NCBI GenBank assembly: GCA_017555805.1 | Contig: JAFZFR010000062.1 | Span: 315-64,314 of the forward strand | Length of the DNA: 64,000 nucleotides | Reading direction: 5' to 3' | DNA from: Alistipes sp. | GTDB lineage: Bacteria; Bacteroidota; Bacteroidia; Bacteroidales; Rikenellaceae | Part shown: positions 1 to 9,709 of the stretch, piece after piece | Layout: each line of letters begins with the position of its first letter | Numbering within the stretch: position 1 is the stretch's first letter | The notes under the pieces: generated by a model | What the model was told of the DNA's origin: nothing | The model's database searches: none | Seen by the model: only the letters and a program-made list of their open reading frames with translations | Position numbers and translations under genes: made by a program

Positions 1-516
1 ACGGCTCAAGAGAATCATCTGCTTCACATCGCTCGCATCACACCAGGTGAGCATGCGGGCTATGTAGCGGTTGCCGTCGGCGAGCGACTGCGCGATGGCG
101 GGCGGCAGCAGATGGGTGTGGGTGTGGTGTCTATCCTCGTGGGCGTGGTGAAGGTGGTCGGCGGTAGAGGAGAAGAGGGTGCGCGTGATGGTGGGTGTCG
201 AGGCTCTGCCACCCAGTCCCTCAAGCGCCTTGCGGCAGTTGGCGCAGTGGACCGCGTCGGCGTGCGACATAGCGTGAAAGAGCGCCGCCTCGGCATTCAA
301 AGAGTCACGCGCGGCATACTTTGCGTAGGCGATATAGTGGATGCTCTGGCGGTATTTGTGGTCGCCGAGCGCCTTTAGTTGCGCTATGCTCTCGCGCCAC
401 AACACCTCCTCGGCAGGCTGGCTCATCACCGCCCTGCGCCCCGCCACAAATGCCACCACCAGCGCAAGCGCACTTATGGCAAATGCTACAACGAACAATC
501 TCTTGAAATAATCCAT
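1..516 (-). CDS. Rubrerythrin/ferritin-like protein with N-terminal membrane anchor (partial, runs off window start)
   Basis: Hand-translated, absent from ORF track: MDYFKRLFVVAFAISALALVVAFVAG...YIAYAKYAARDSLNAEAALFHAMSHADAVHCANC...; open to position 1; helix pattern resembles rubrerythrin Y-x-x-F-A-x-x-A...A-x-L-F-x-A-x-A-x-A-E-x-x-H. Confidence 0.6.
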   Translation of the reverse strand, partial: MDYFKRLFVVAFAISALALVVAFVAGRRAVMSQPAEEVLWRESIAQLKALGDHKYRQSIHYIAYAKYAARDSLNAEAALFHAMSHADAVHCANCRKALEGLGGRASTPTITRTLFSSTADHLHHAHEDRHHTHTHLLPPAIAQSLADGNRYIARMLTWCDASDVKQMILLSR

Positions 517-671
517 ACCCTTTTAGTGCAATTCTCCTTGCACTCTTTAGAGCATAAACTATGCCCCGCGGGCGTGGCGGCGGCACTTTCCTTATGCACC
601 AAAAATATTCCACTTCGGGGCGAAAAGTGCACAAATTTTGCTTCGGGCAGATAACCTATGATTAAAATTAG

Positions 672-679
672 TAACTTTG
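672..679 (+). promoter_or_regulatory. Bacteroidetes sigmaA -7 element
   Basis: TAACTTTG matches TAnnTTTG just upstream of the patatin gene. Confidence 0.55.
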
Positions 680-692
680 GCAAAATTTCAAG

Positions 693-1547
693 ATGATGGT
701 GCACTATTTGAGCGAAAGGTCGGGACTGATACTCGAGGGCGGAGGTATGCGCGGAGTATTCACCTGCGGCGTACTGGACAACCTGATGGACCGCGGCATC
801 CGCTTCCCCTACACGATTGGGGTGAGTGCGGGCGCCTGCAACGGTCTGTCGTATATGTCGCGCCAGAGGGGTCGCGGCAAGTTCAGCAACATCGACCTGC
901 TGGAGCAGTACCGCTACATAGGCTTAAAGCAACTCATCACCAAGGGCAATATTATGGATTTCGACCTGCTCTTCCACGACTTCCCCGAGCGCATCATCCC
1001 CTATCACTACGATGTGCTGGCGGCCGCCGAGGAGCACTTCGAGATGGTCACCACCTCGTGCCAGACGGGCAAGGCGTGTTACTTTGAGGAGAAGCGCGAC
1101 CCCAAGCGAGTGATTGACATCGTGAAGGCGTCGAGCAGTCTGCCGTATGTTGCGCCGATAAGCTATGTGGATGGACACCCGATGCTCGATGGAGGCATCG
1201 CCGACTCCATACCGATAGGGCGTGCCGAGGAGCGCGGCTACGATAATAATGTGGTGGTGCTGACCCGCAACAAGGGCTACCGCAAGCCCGCCAAGCCGAG
1301 CACCGTACTGCCGCTATTCTATCGCAAATATCCAGCCCTGCGTGACGCCATACGCCAGCGCAACGCCCTCTACAACGAGCAGATTGAGCGCGTCGAGAGG
1401 CTGGAGGCAGAGGGAAGGGTGATTGTCATCCGCCCCGAGCAACCAATCGTGGTGGACAGAATGGAGCGCAACACCCAAAAACTCCTCGACCTTTACAACG
1501 AGGGTTACCGCTGCGCCGCGAAAATAGAATTTGTTAGCAAGTTATAA
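693..1547 (+). CDS. Patatin-like phospholipase family protein
   Basis: LEGGGMRG oxyanion loop, GVSAG nucleophile elbow, DGG motif. Confidence 0.9.
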   Translation: MMVHYLSERSGLILEGGGMRGVFTCGVLDNLMDRGIRFPYTIGVSAGACNGLSYMSRQRGRGKFSNIDLLEQYRYIGLKQLITKGNIMDFDLLFHDFPERIIPYHYDVLAAAEEHFEMVTTSCQTGKACYFEEKRDPKRVIDIVKASSSLPYVAPISYVDGHPMLDGGIADSIPIGRAEERGYDNNVVVLTRNKGYRKPAKPSTVLPLFYRKYPALRDAIRQRNALYNEQIERVERLEAEGRVIVIRPEQPIVVDRMERNTQKLLDLYNEGYRCAAKIEFVSKL

Positions 1548-1592
1548 TAAAGAAGAAGAGGTTGCCACTGGACAACCTCTTCTTCTTTATTT
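1547..1592. terminator. Bidirectional intrinsic terminator
   Basis: ATAAAGAAGAAGAGGTTG-8 nt-CAACCTCTTCTTCTTTAT perfect inverted repeat between convergent genes. Confidence 0.85.
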
Positions 1593-1604
1593 ACGCTCAA
1601 GCAA

Positions 1605-4166
1605 TTACTTTTCGATGGTGTAAGTACCTGCCTCATAAGCCTTCGACTCGGTCTCGCCTGGGAGAGTAACGGTAGCGACAGAGCCCTCTGGGATGGTGAA
1701 CTCCCAAATCCACTTATCGCCCTCGTAACGCCAAGCACTCTTAATCAAGCCCGCAGCCGAGTTGTACTCCGCCTTGAGGTGACCCAGACGCTTGTCAGGC
1801 ACTGGCTTCATAATGATGTGCTTGAAACCTGGAGCCATAGGGTCAGATGCGATACCCGCTGCAGTCTCCCAAATCCACTCGCATACGCAACCATAAGCGT
1901 AGTGGTTGAAACTATTCATACCGCGTGGACCCATACCCTTGTCGAGCATATAACTGTTCCAACGCTCCCAGATAGTGGTTGCGCCATTATCAACAGAGTA
2001 GAGCCAACTTGGGTTCTTGCGCTGGAAGAGGAGTTCGTAAGCGATATCAACCATACCATTCTCGGTGAGTGTAGCCATCAGGATAGATGTACCGAGGAAA
2101 CCAGTCTGCAAGCAGTTGCCGTGCTGGGCGAAGTTCTCGCGCAGGCGTGCAATCATCTTCTCTTTTGCCTCGCCCTCGAAGAGGTTATTCTTCAATGCGA
2201 ACAACGCAGGAGTCTGCATAGTGTTCAAAATCTCGGTCTTGAATGTGCCATCCTCGTTGAAGAACTCTGACTTGAGGTATGCGCGCGCCTCGTCTGCCAA
2301 TGCGCGGTAAGGACCTGACGAGCGACCTGTCGCCATTGCCATCTCTGCCAGCATCGTAGCGTCGATTGCCCAGTAAGATGCGCCGAGGTAGTTCCAGTAG
2401 TCGATAGCCTCGGGGCGTGGCTGACCATTCTCGAATGCACCGCCGCCGCAACTCTCCAGAGGCTCATAACTCAACCAGTCAGCCCACTGATAGTTCTGGT
2501 TCTCGCCACGCAACTCGTTGTGGTTGTACTTGGTCTCGTAGATGTGCTCCATAAACTCGTTCATAGCATCCCAGTTCTCATCAACAATCTGCTCGTCGCC
2601 AAACTGCTTCCAGATGGTCCAAGGCACGATGATACCAGCATCAGCCCAGCCAAGACGCATCATCTCGTTACCATACTGCGCGTGAGGTGCAACACCTGGG
2701 AAGCCACCCAAACCGTTCTGGCTGTCGCGCATATCGCGCATCCACTTGTGGAAGAATGTCAATGTGTTGGCGAAGAATGAGCCTGTCTCGGTAAATACCT
2801 GTGTGTCGGCAGTCCAGCCAAGGCGCTCGTTGCGCTGTGGGCAGTCGGTTGGCACAGAGAGGTAGTTTGACAACTGACCCCAGTAGGTGTTGGAGATGAG
2901 TTTGTTGATTGACTCGTCGCCAGTAGAGATCTTACCAATCTCCAAATCCTTCGCGATAGATGTAACAGGGATTGTAGAAATCTTCTTTATTGTCACATCA
3001 GCATCGGCTGTGATTGCCGCATAGCGGTAGCCGTAGAATGTGCGTGTTGGGTGGTAACTTACAAAGTCCTCGCTCGCAGCGAAGGTGTACTTAAGAAGGA
3101 ACGCCGTTGCTGGACGACGCAGGTTCTCGCGGTGAACGCTACCCTCTGGGCCATCCATACCGCGGCTGCGTGCGCCGTTGCCATCATTAAGCAACTCGCC
3201 TGGGAGGCAAGTGAGTGAAGTACCCTCGGCAGCCTTAAAGACGAATGATGGGATACCAGCGCAGTTCTGACCGAAATCAACAACGAGGTTCTCGCCAGCC
3301 TTCAGGACAATCTGCTCGCCTGGAGCAAACTCCTTGCTGATTACAACCTTGCCGTGCTCGCCCTCCTTTGCACCCTCAACCTCTGACCAGATGTAAGCCT
3401 GAACGGGGTCAAGTTCCAGGTCGTGACGGAGATATACCTCGGCACCCTCCGATGGGAGAATCTCGCCGTGGAACTCGGTGTTCTTCTCTGGTGCTGAGAA
3501 GTTCTCTGCACACTCATAACCCATCTTCTCGCGAGCGTCATACTCCTCGCCGTCGAAGATTGCCGAGTGCTTCACTGGACCTGCTACGCCCGCCTTCCAG
3601 TTCTCAAGGTCGGTGCCGAGCAACTGTGTTGTGCCGTCAGCATAGGTGAGTTCCAACACGCCACGGAAAGCAGGCTTTGTACCCCACATCTTGTGTGCGT
3701 TAGGAGTCACAATCTTATCTGCCCACCAGCCTGGAGTAACCTGCGCCGAGAGTTGGTTCTCTGCGCCCGAAGCCTTGTTGAAGGCCTTTGTGATGTCGTA
3801 TGTGAACGAGCGGCGAGTCTTCAAGACATGGGTAAAGCCTGGCTTGAGGTACTCGTTACCCACTGGCTCGCCGTTAAGGTAAATCTCATAGACGCCAAGA
3901 CCAGAGGTCATCCACTTTGCAGAGGTCACTCTCTTCTCGTTTGTAACAACTGATACGAACCAACTTGCGCCATCTGCCGCGCGGTCGTTGTCCCACTTCT
4001 CCAATACGGGAGCATCAACGGCCGAGAGCCAGATTGAACTCTTCCAAGCCTCGCCTGGCAAGGCCTCACACTTTGTGCCCACATAATCGCTCTTCGAGCC
4101 GCAGCCAACACCCACGAGAGATGCCGCCACAAGGGCAACTGATAAAAACAGGGATTTTACTTTCAT
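1605..4166 (-). CDS. GH78 alpha-L-rhamnosidase, lipoprotein
   Basis: Lipobox GVGC; VVDFGQN, PTDCPQRNERLGWTAD, GATTIWERW and MNSFNHYAYG motifs. Confidence 0.92.
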   Translation of the reverse strand: MKVKSLFLSVALVAASLVGVGCGSKSDYVGTKCEALPGEAWKSSIWLSAVDAPVLEKWDNDRAADGASWFVSVVTNEKRVTSAKWMTSGLGVYEIYLNGEPVGNEYLKPGFTHVLKTRRSFTYDITKAFNKASGAENQLSAQVTPGWWADKIVTPNAHKMWGTKPAFRGVLELTYADGTTQLLGTDLENWKAGVAGPVKHSAIFDGEEYDAREKMGYECAENFSAPEKNTEFHGEILPSEGAEVYLRHDLELDPVQAYIWSEVEGAKEGEHGKVVISKEFAPGEQIVLKAGENLVVDFGQNCAGIPSFVFKAAEGTSLTCLPGELLNDGNGARSRGMDGPEGSVHRENLRRPATAFLLKYTFAASEDFVSYHPTRTFYGYRYAAITADADVTIKKISTIPVTSIAKDLEIGKISTGDESINKLISNTYWGQLSNYLSVPTDCPQRNERLGWTADTQVFTETGSFFANTLTFFHKWMRDMRDSQNGLGGFPGVAPHAQYGNEMMRLGWADAGIIVPWTIWKQFGDEQIVDENWDAMNEFMEHIYETKYNHNELRGENQNYQWADWLSYEPLESCGGGAFENGQPRPEAIDYWNYLGASYWAIDATMLAEMAMATGRSSGPYRALADEARAYLKSEFFNEDGTFKTEILNTMQTPALFALKNNLFEGEAKEKMIARLRENFAQHGNCLQTGFLGTSILMATLTENGMVDIAYELLFQRKNPSWLYSVDNGATTIWERWNSYMLDKGMGPRGMNSFNHYAYGCVCEWIWETAAGIASDPMAPGFKHIIMKPVPDKRLGHLKAEYNSAAGLIKSAWRYEGDKWIWEFTIPEGSVATVTLPGETESKAYEAGTYTIEK

Positions 4167-4214
4167 AGTTATAGGTTTTAATAGTTTTTCGTTTTCTGAT
4201 GTTCAGCCCGATGT

Positions 4215-4985
4215 TTAGAACTCACGAATCCAGATATTGCGGAAACTGATTGGCTCGCTTGGGTCGCCGTGCATCTGCAAGCGGATAGGGCCGTCGCCGT
4301 GAGGCACTACGCGTGGGTGGCCGATATACTCGGTTGTGCCGCGGATAACAAAGTTATTCAGCAGCAACACGCCGTTCTGGATAACGGTAACGGTAGGCGC
4401 AACCTTGTAGGTGCCATCGTCGTTAAACACTGGGGCGTTGTAGATGATGTCGTAGGCGTTCCACTCGCCTGGCTTACGCATAGCGTTTGCCATAGGGATA
4501 ACCTGCTTATAGACGCTGCCCGCCTGACCATTGGCGTAGGTCTCGTTGCCATAGTTATCGAGAATCTGAATCTCGTACTTGTCCTGCAAGAATACGCCGC
4601 TATTGCCGCGACCCTGACTTGTGCCGGTGATATTCTCGGGCACGCACCACTCGATGTGGAGTTGGAAACTGCCAAATGACTGCTTCGTAAGGATGTCGCC
4701 CTTGCTCTTGTCTACGGTAACGACGCCATCGTGCACCACCCAGTCGGCATCACCGCCCCTGGAACTCTTCCACGCGCTGAGGTTTGAGCCATCGAACAGA
4801 ACGATGGCATCCGAAGGGGCTGAGCAGGTGGCGGCATCGCCAGGCTTCACCACCTTGGGCTGTGGAGTCCAGAACTCGGTCATCGCTGGGCGCATAGCCT
4901 CTGGCTTGGGGTACTCCTTTTTCTCTTGTGCCGACACCGCAGTAGCCACCGCCAGCGCAAGCAAGGTAAAGATTATTCTTCTCAT
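4215..4985 (-). CDS. DUF1080 (3-keto-disaccharide hydrolase-like) secreted protein
   Basis: Signal peptide; APSDAIVLFDG, GNSGVF, YEIQILD, GEWNAYDI, LQMHG...FRNIWIRE. Confidence 0.88.
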   Translation of the reverse strand: MRRIIFTLLALAVATAVSAQEKKEYPKPEAMRPAMTEFWTPQPKVVKPGDAATCSAPSDAIVLFDGSNLSAWKSSRGGDADWVVHDGVVTVDKSKGDILTKQSFGSFQLHIEWCVPENITGTSQGRGNSGVFLQDKYEIQILDNYGNETYANGQAGSVYKQVIPMANAMRKPGEWNAYDIIYNAPVFNDDGTYKVAPTVTVIQNGVLLLNNFVIRGTTEYIGHPRVVPHGDGPIRLQMHGDPSEPISFRNIWIREF

Positions 4986-5089
4986 AACGATAGGTTTTAT
5001 TTCAGTTTTAGGTAGTGTAAAGATAGATATTTAGCCAGAGAAATAAAAATATTTTTTGAAAAGAATTTTGCCCGTATGTGATATTTTCG

Positions 5090-5097
5090 TATCTTTG
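5090..5097 (+). promoter_or_regulatory. sigmaA -7 element of murA
   Basis: TATCTTTG with TTTG about 19 nt upstream. Confidence 0.6.
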
Positions 5098-5116
5098 ATA
5101 AAAATATACTATTCCT

Positions 5117-6427
5117 ATGGCAATTTTCAAGGTAGAGGGAGGCAGACGCCTTCACGGTAGCGTTACACCACAGGGTGCAAAAAATGAGGCACTTCAAATC
5201 TTGTGCGCCACTCTGCTCACCAAGGAGCGAGTGGTGGTGAACAATGTGCCAAAGATTCTCGATATAATGCAACTCATTGAGTTGTTAGGCAATATGGGCG
5301 TTAAGGTGGAGAAACTCGCCGAGGGCAGTTATGCCTTCACGGCAGCCGACATCAACCTCGACTACCTGCGTAGCGACGACTATCACAACCGCTGCCGCCG
5401 TCTGCGTGGCTCGGTGATGATGATTGGTCCGCTGCTCGCCCGCTTCGGCGTGGGCTACATCCCAAAGCCAGGTGGTGACAAGATTGGACGCCGCCGCCTC
5501 GACACCCACTTTTTGGGCTTCCAGAAGTTGGGTGCGACATTTAACTTCGACCAGGCGGAGGAGTTTTATTCCGTTGAGTGCAAGCAACTAAAGGGTTGTT
5601 ATATGTTGCTCGACGAGGCATCGGTTACGGGTACTGCCAACATCATTATGGCGGCTGTCTTTGCCGAGGGTACAACCACCATCTACAACGCCGCGTGTGA
5701 GCCTTACATCCAGCAACTCTGCAAGATGCTCAACCGTATGGGCGCCAAGATTTCGGGTATCGCATCGAACCTCCTCGTCATCGAGGGCGTGAAGGAGTTG
5801 GGCGGCACAGAGCACACTATGCTTCCAGATATGATTGAGGTGGGTAGTTTCATCGGTATGGCGGCAATGACGCAGTCGGAACTCACCATCAAGGATGTGT
5901 CGTACGAAAACCTCGGTATCATCCCCGCGCAGTTTGCCCGTATGGGTATCAAGTTCGAGCAGAGGGGTGACGACATCTATATCCCACAGCAGGACCACTA
6001 CGCCATCGAGAGTTTTATTGATGGCTCGATTATGAACATCGCCGACGCCCCCTGGCCAGGCCTTACGCCTGACCTGCTCTCGATATTCCTTGTGGTGGCA
6101 ACACAGGCGAAGGGCTCGGTGCTGATTCACCAGAAGATGTTTGAGAGTCGCCTCTTCTTTGTCGATAAACTCATTGATATGGGCGCACAGATTATCCTCT
6201 GCGACCCACACCGCGCAACGGTCATCGGTCACGACCACCGCGTGCGTCTGCGTGCAACGAAGATGACCTCGCCCGATATCCGCGCGGGAGTGGCATTGCT
6301 CATCGCCGCTATGAGCGCCGAGGGCACCAGCACCATCCAGAACATCGAGCAAATCGACCGCGGCTACAGCGACATCGACACCCGCCTGAACGCCCTGGGC
6401 GCAAAAATTACAAGGATGGAGGAGTAA
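5117..6427 (+). CDS. murA: UDP-N-acetylglucosamine 1-carboxyvinyltransferase
   Basis: GAKNEAL, PGGDKIGRR (Asp at the fosfomycin-target Cys position), SVTGTAN, DIRAG, IDRGY. Confidence 0.96.
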   Translation: MAIFKVEGGRRLHGSVTPQGAKNEALQILCATLLTKERVVVNNVPKILDIMQLIELLGNMGVKVEKLAEGSYAFTAADINLDYLRSDDYHNRCRRLRGSVMMIGPLLARFGVGYIPKPGGDKIGRRRLDTHFLGFQKLGATFNFDQAEEFYSVECKQLKGCYMLLDEASVTGTANIIMAAVFAEGTTTIYNAACEPYIQQLCKMLNRMGAKISGIASNLLVIEGVKELGGTEHTMLPDMIEVGSFIGMAAMTQSELTIKDVSYENLGIIPAQFARMGIKFEQRGDDIYIPQQDHYAIESFIDGSIMNIADAPWPGLTPDLLSIFLVVATQAKGSVLIHQKMFESRLFFVDKLIDMGAQIILCDPHRATVIGHDHRVRLRATKMTSPDIRAGVALLIAAMSAEGTSTIQNIEQIDRGYSDIDTRLNALGAKITRMEE

Positions 6428-6469
6428 GGAAACTCGCAGACATACTATTTATATAAACTCCGCACTACT

Positions 6470-7024
6470 ATGAGAAACCTTTTACAACCATTAAACTACT
6501 CTCTTTCAGAGTACGAAAGTTGGTTAGCGATGAAAGAGTATTGGGATGATTATTCACACGAGTGGACAGAATCATCAATAGAGAAGAAGTTGGTGCGCTT
6601 GGCTGGTTTTGTAAAGATGGGCGGAGATTTGAACACCGTCTTATCCGACTATGCAGAAGATAGGGATGCGATGTACCGTATCAGAATACAACATTGCGTC
6701 TTTCGCTATATTGAGCGATTGATATCGGGAGATCATTTCCAATTTGGCGCACCGATTATAGACCGCATAAAAAGATTAGACAAAGAAGAACTTGTCAGAT
6801 TGCTCACTGCGGAACTTTCGCGAAGCGTAAAGGAGAAGCGAGATTACGATGAGAACGGCAGGCCATTCACCCATTGGGTTGTTTCTGATGAATACATCAA
6901 CAATGATGAAAATTTGGATGCCATCGAGCGAGAGCATTGGAATAATTTCCCCAATGAAAGTTTCTCATACTATCTTGACAAAAACAAAAGATGGGATGGA
7001 GATGACGAGAGTAGTTTTTGGTAA
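6470..7024 (+). CDS. Hypothetical protein (low GC, acidic/aromatic-rich)
   Basis: 184-aa ATG ORF filling the gap between murA and a terminator; AT-richer than flanks; no motif recognised. Confidence 0.65.
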   Translation: MRNLLQPLNYSLSEYESWLAMKEYWDDYSHEWTESSIEKKLVRLAGFVKMGGDLNTVLSDYAEDRDAMYRIRIQHCVFRYIERLISGDHFQFGAPIIDRIKRLDKEELVRLLTAELSRSVKEKRDYDENGRPFTHWVVSDEYINNDENLDAIEREHWNNFPNESFSYYLDKNKRWDGDDESSFW

Positions 7025-7029
7025 ATAGT

Positions 7030-7063
7030 AAGAGGTTGCGAAATTGCTCGCAACCTCTTGCTT
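7030..7063. terminator. Intrinsic terminator between convergent genes
   Basis: AAGAGGTTGCGA-6 nt-TCGCAACCTCTT. Confidence 0.75.
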
Positions 7064-7085
7064 TATCTGTGTAGAAACACACCTC

Positions 7086-7904
7086 TTACTCCTTAATATC
7101 CCCTACGGCGACTTGGTACTCGTGCCAGAGGGTTTCGATGTCGTACTGCTCGCCGAGGATGGACTTGATAGCGCCGTCAAATGACCAGGGCACGATGTGG
7201 AGGGTGCTCTGGTTGAACTTACGCAGGAAGTCGGCGTCGTAGTTGTCGCGAATCCACACGAAGAAGTAGCCCGCGTGGCGGTAGCCATTCATATAGTGAC
7301 CTCCCTTGGGGCGGTCCTTCTCGCCGTAGAAGCCTCCGTTTGCCACGCGCACCGCGTCAGCCATACCCTCGATAAATGCCCAGAAGGTGCGGTTTGTGCC
7401 GTATGAGCCGATGCCCTGTGGCTCAAGTTGGTAGGCGTGGGTGAGTTCGTGGAGCAGTACGCCGCGAGTCTCGAACATCACCTTTTCGTCGCCTCTGCCA
7501 CGATAGGAGTTCTCGATGTGGCGGGTGCTGTAAAAGATATGCACGCGACCTCTGCCGCCACCCTTTGCCGACACGCCCTCCTTATCCTCGAGTGTGTAGT
7601 AGATTGATTTTACGGGCGTTATGCTATCCTTTGGCGAGAAGTAGAGTGTCGCCAGCACCTCGCGCGCGCACTCCGAGATATACTCGTCGGGGTTTGGAAT
7701 AAGGCGGTTGTAGATTGCCGAGCCCTCGGTGTGGAGCGCCTTGTCGTGGAAACGGATGTTGCCCACATCATACTTGCGCCACTTCTTGGTGTTGAGCGGC
7801 TTAATCTTTACCTCCTTGTTTGTCTGTGCCGAGATGGGGCAGGTAGCCATAGAGAACGCTCCCGCACACATCAAAGCGATAATCATCACACAAAATCTCT
7901 TCAT
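7086..7904 (-). CDS. Basic secretory protein (BSP) family metallopeptidase-like protein
   Basis: Signal peptide; GVLLHELTHAYQ (HExxH) followed by FIEGMADAVR. Confidence 0.85.
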   Translation of the reverse strand: MKRFCVMIIALMCAGAFSMATCPISAQTNKEVKIKPLNTKKWRKYDVGNIRFHDKALHTEGSAIYNRLIPNPDEYISECAREVLATLYFSPKDSITPVKSIYYTLEDKEGVSAKGGGRGRVHIFYSTRHIENSYRGRGDEKVMFETRGVLLHELTHAYQLEPQGIGSYGTNRTFWAFIEGMADAVRVANGGFYGEKDRPKGGHYMNGYRHAGYFFVWIRDNYDADFLRKFNQSTLHIVPWSFDGAIKSILGEQYDIETLWHEYQVAVGDIKE

Positions 7905-7916
7905 CTCTGTAAAATT

Positions 7917-9695
7917 TTATTTGGTTGGTTTATAATTTCTTCGTTTGTTGTCACGACCCTTCGCTGGGCTGCCGCCTCGTTGTGGGCGGGGCTTCTCCTG
8001 ACGGAAAAAGTAGGATTTCTGTCGGCGCTTGTCATCCTGCGAGCGAGCCACAAAGACCTTCTCGCCCGTATATGGGTTCTCGCCCGTGTAGAACATCACC
8101 GACGAGAGGGTCATCGGCGTTGGCGTGAGGTCCTGCACCTGCTCAAGGTCGAAATGCAGACGACCCAGCACCTTCTCTGCCAGGGACTTCATATCGCACT
8201 CGCGACATCCTGGGTGCGACGATATAAAGTAAGGTATGAGTTGATAGCGCAGACCCTCCCTCTGGCATATTGAGTGGAAGTCGCGGTTGAGCGTCTCGAA
8301 CATCTGGAACGAGGGCTTACGCATCAGCGAGAGAACATGCTCCTCGGTGTGCTCGGGCGCAACCTTCAGGCGACCCGAAGTGTGGTGCTTCACCACCGTA
8401 GCGAGGTACGGCGAGTCATCGAAGAGGTCATAGCGAATACCACTACCGATAAATGCCTTCTTGATGCCCTTTACGGCGCGAATCTTCTCATAGAGAGCCA
8501 GCAGTGGGCGGTGGTCGTTATTCAGGTTTGGGCAAATCTTGGGGTGCAGGCACGACGGACGGCGGCACTTGCGGCAGGCATCCTTGTTCTTGCCACCCAT
8601 TTGGTACATATTTGCCGATGGCGCACCCACATCCGAGAGGTAACCCTTAAAGTCGGGCATCTTCACCACCTTCTCAACCTCGGCGAGGATAGATTTTTCG
8701 CTGCGAGAGTTGATAAACTTGCCCTGGTGCGCCGAGATGGTGCAGAAGGCACAGCCGCCAAAGCAGCCGCGGTGGATGTTTATCGAGTGCTTAATCATCT
8801 CCCACGCGGGGATGTCGCCCTTGCCTCGATAGCGGGGGTGGGGCGCACGCTCGTAGGGGAGGTCAAACGAGTGGTCGAGTTCCTCGGTCGTGAGGGTTGT
8901 GTTGGGCGGAGTGACAACAACAAATTTTTCGCCCACCTGCTCCACAAGGGTTGTCGTAGGCTCCATAATGTTGCTCAACTCCTCCTCTGCAACGAAGTTC
9001 TCGCCGAAGGCGCGTTTGCTCTGCTGACACTCCTCGAATGAGTGCAGTATCTTGGTGGTGGCGGGGTCGAGGCGCTCGACATAGGAGCGGTCGGCGACGA
9101 ATGCCACCTGATTTATCTTTCTTAACAACTTGGCGTTGTAGCCGTTACGCATCGCGCGAGCCACCTGCTGCACGACCCTCTCGCCCATACCATACATCAA
9201 CAGGTCGGCGCCGCTCTCAATCAGCATCGAGGGCTTGAGTGAGTCGCTCCAGTAGTCGTAGTGGGTAAGTCGGCGCAGCGAAGCCTCAATACCTCCCACC
9301 ACAACGGGGATGTGCGGGTAGAGGCGCTTCAATATCTGGCAATAGACCGTTGCGGCGTAGTCGGGGCGAAAACCCGCCTTGCCACCCGCAGTGTAGGCGT
9401 CGTTGCTGCGCAGGCGTATGTTTGCCGTATAGTGGTTCACCATCGAGTCCATCGCACCCGCCGAGACGCCGAAGAACAATCTCGGTGCGCCCAACTTGGT
9501 GAAGTCGCGCAGGTCGTCGCGCCAGTTGGGTTGCGGAACGATAGCCACGCGGTAGCCCTCCGCCTCCAGCAATCTGCCGATAACGGCAGCGCCAAAAGCG
9601 GGGTGGTCGATGTAGGCGTCACCTGTGAATAGGATTACATCAATGTAGTCCCAGCCCAGTGCGCGCACCTCCTTTATGGTTGTTGGTAGAAACAT
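7917..9695 (-). CDS. ygiQ: YgiQ family radical SAM protein
   Basis: MFLPTT start, GDAYIDHPAFG, RGCFGGCAFC (CxxxCxxC), LKVAPEH; ATG at 9695 preferred over TTG at 9704. Confidence 0.92.
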   Translation of the reverse strand: MFLPTTIKEVRALGWDYIDVILFTGDAYIDHPAFGAAVIGRLLEAEGYRVAIVPQPNWRDDLRDFTKLGAPRLFFGVSAGAMDSMVNHYTANIRLRSNDAYTAGGKAGFRPDYAATVYCQILKRLYPHIPVVVGGIEASLRRLTHYDYWSDSLKPSMLIESGADLLMYGMGERVVQQVARAMRNGYNAKLLRKINQVAFVADRSYVERLDPATTKILHSFEECQQSKRAFGENFVAEEELSNIMEPTTTLVEQVGEKFVVVTPPNTTLTTEELDHSFDLPYERAPHPRYRGKGDIPAWEMIKHSINIHRGCFGGCAFCTISAHQGKFINSRSEKSILAEVEKVVKMPDFKGYLSDVGAPSANMYQMGGKNKDACRKCRRPSCLHPKICPNLNNDHRPLLALYEKIRAVKGIKKAFIGSGIRYDLFDDSPYLATVVKHHTSGRLKVAPEHTEEHVLSLMRKPSFQMFETLNRDFHSICQREGLRYQLIPYFISSHPGCRECDMKSLAEKVLGRLHFDLEQVQDLTPTPMTLSSVMFYTGENPYTGEKVFVARSQDDKRRQKSYFFRQEKPRPQRGGSPAKGRDNKRRNYKPTK

Positions 9696-9709
9696 ACGCT
9701 TCAAAAAAA

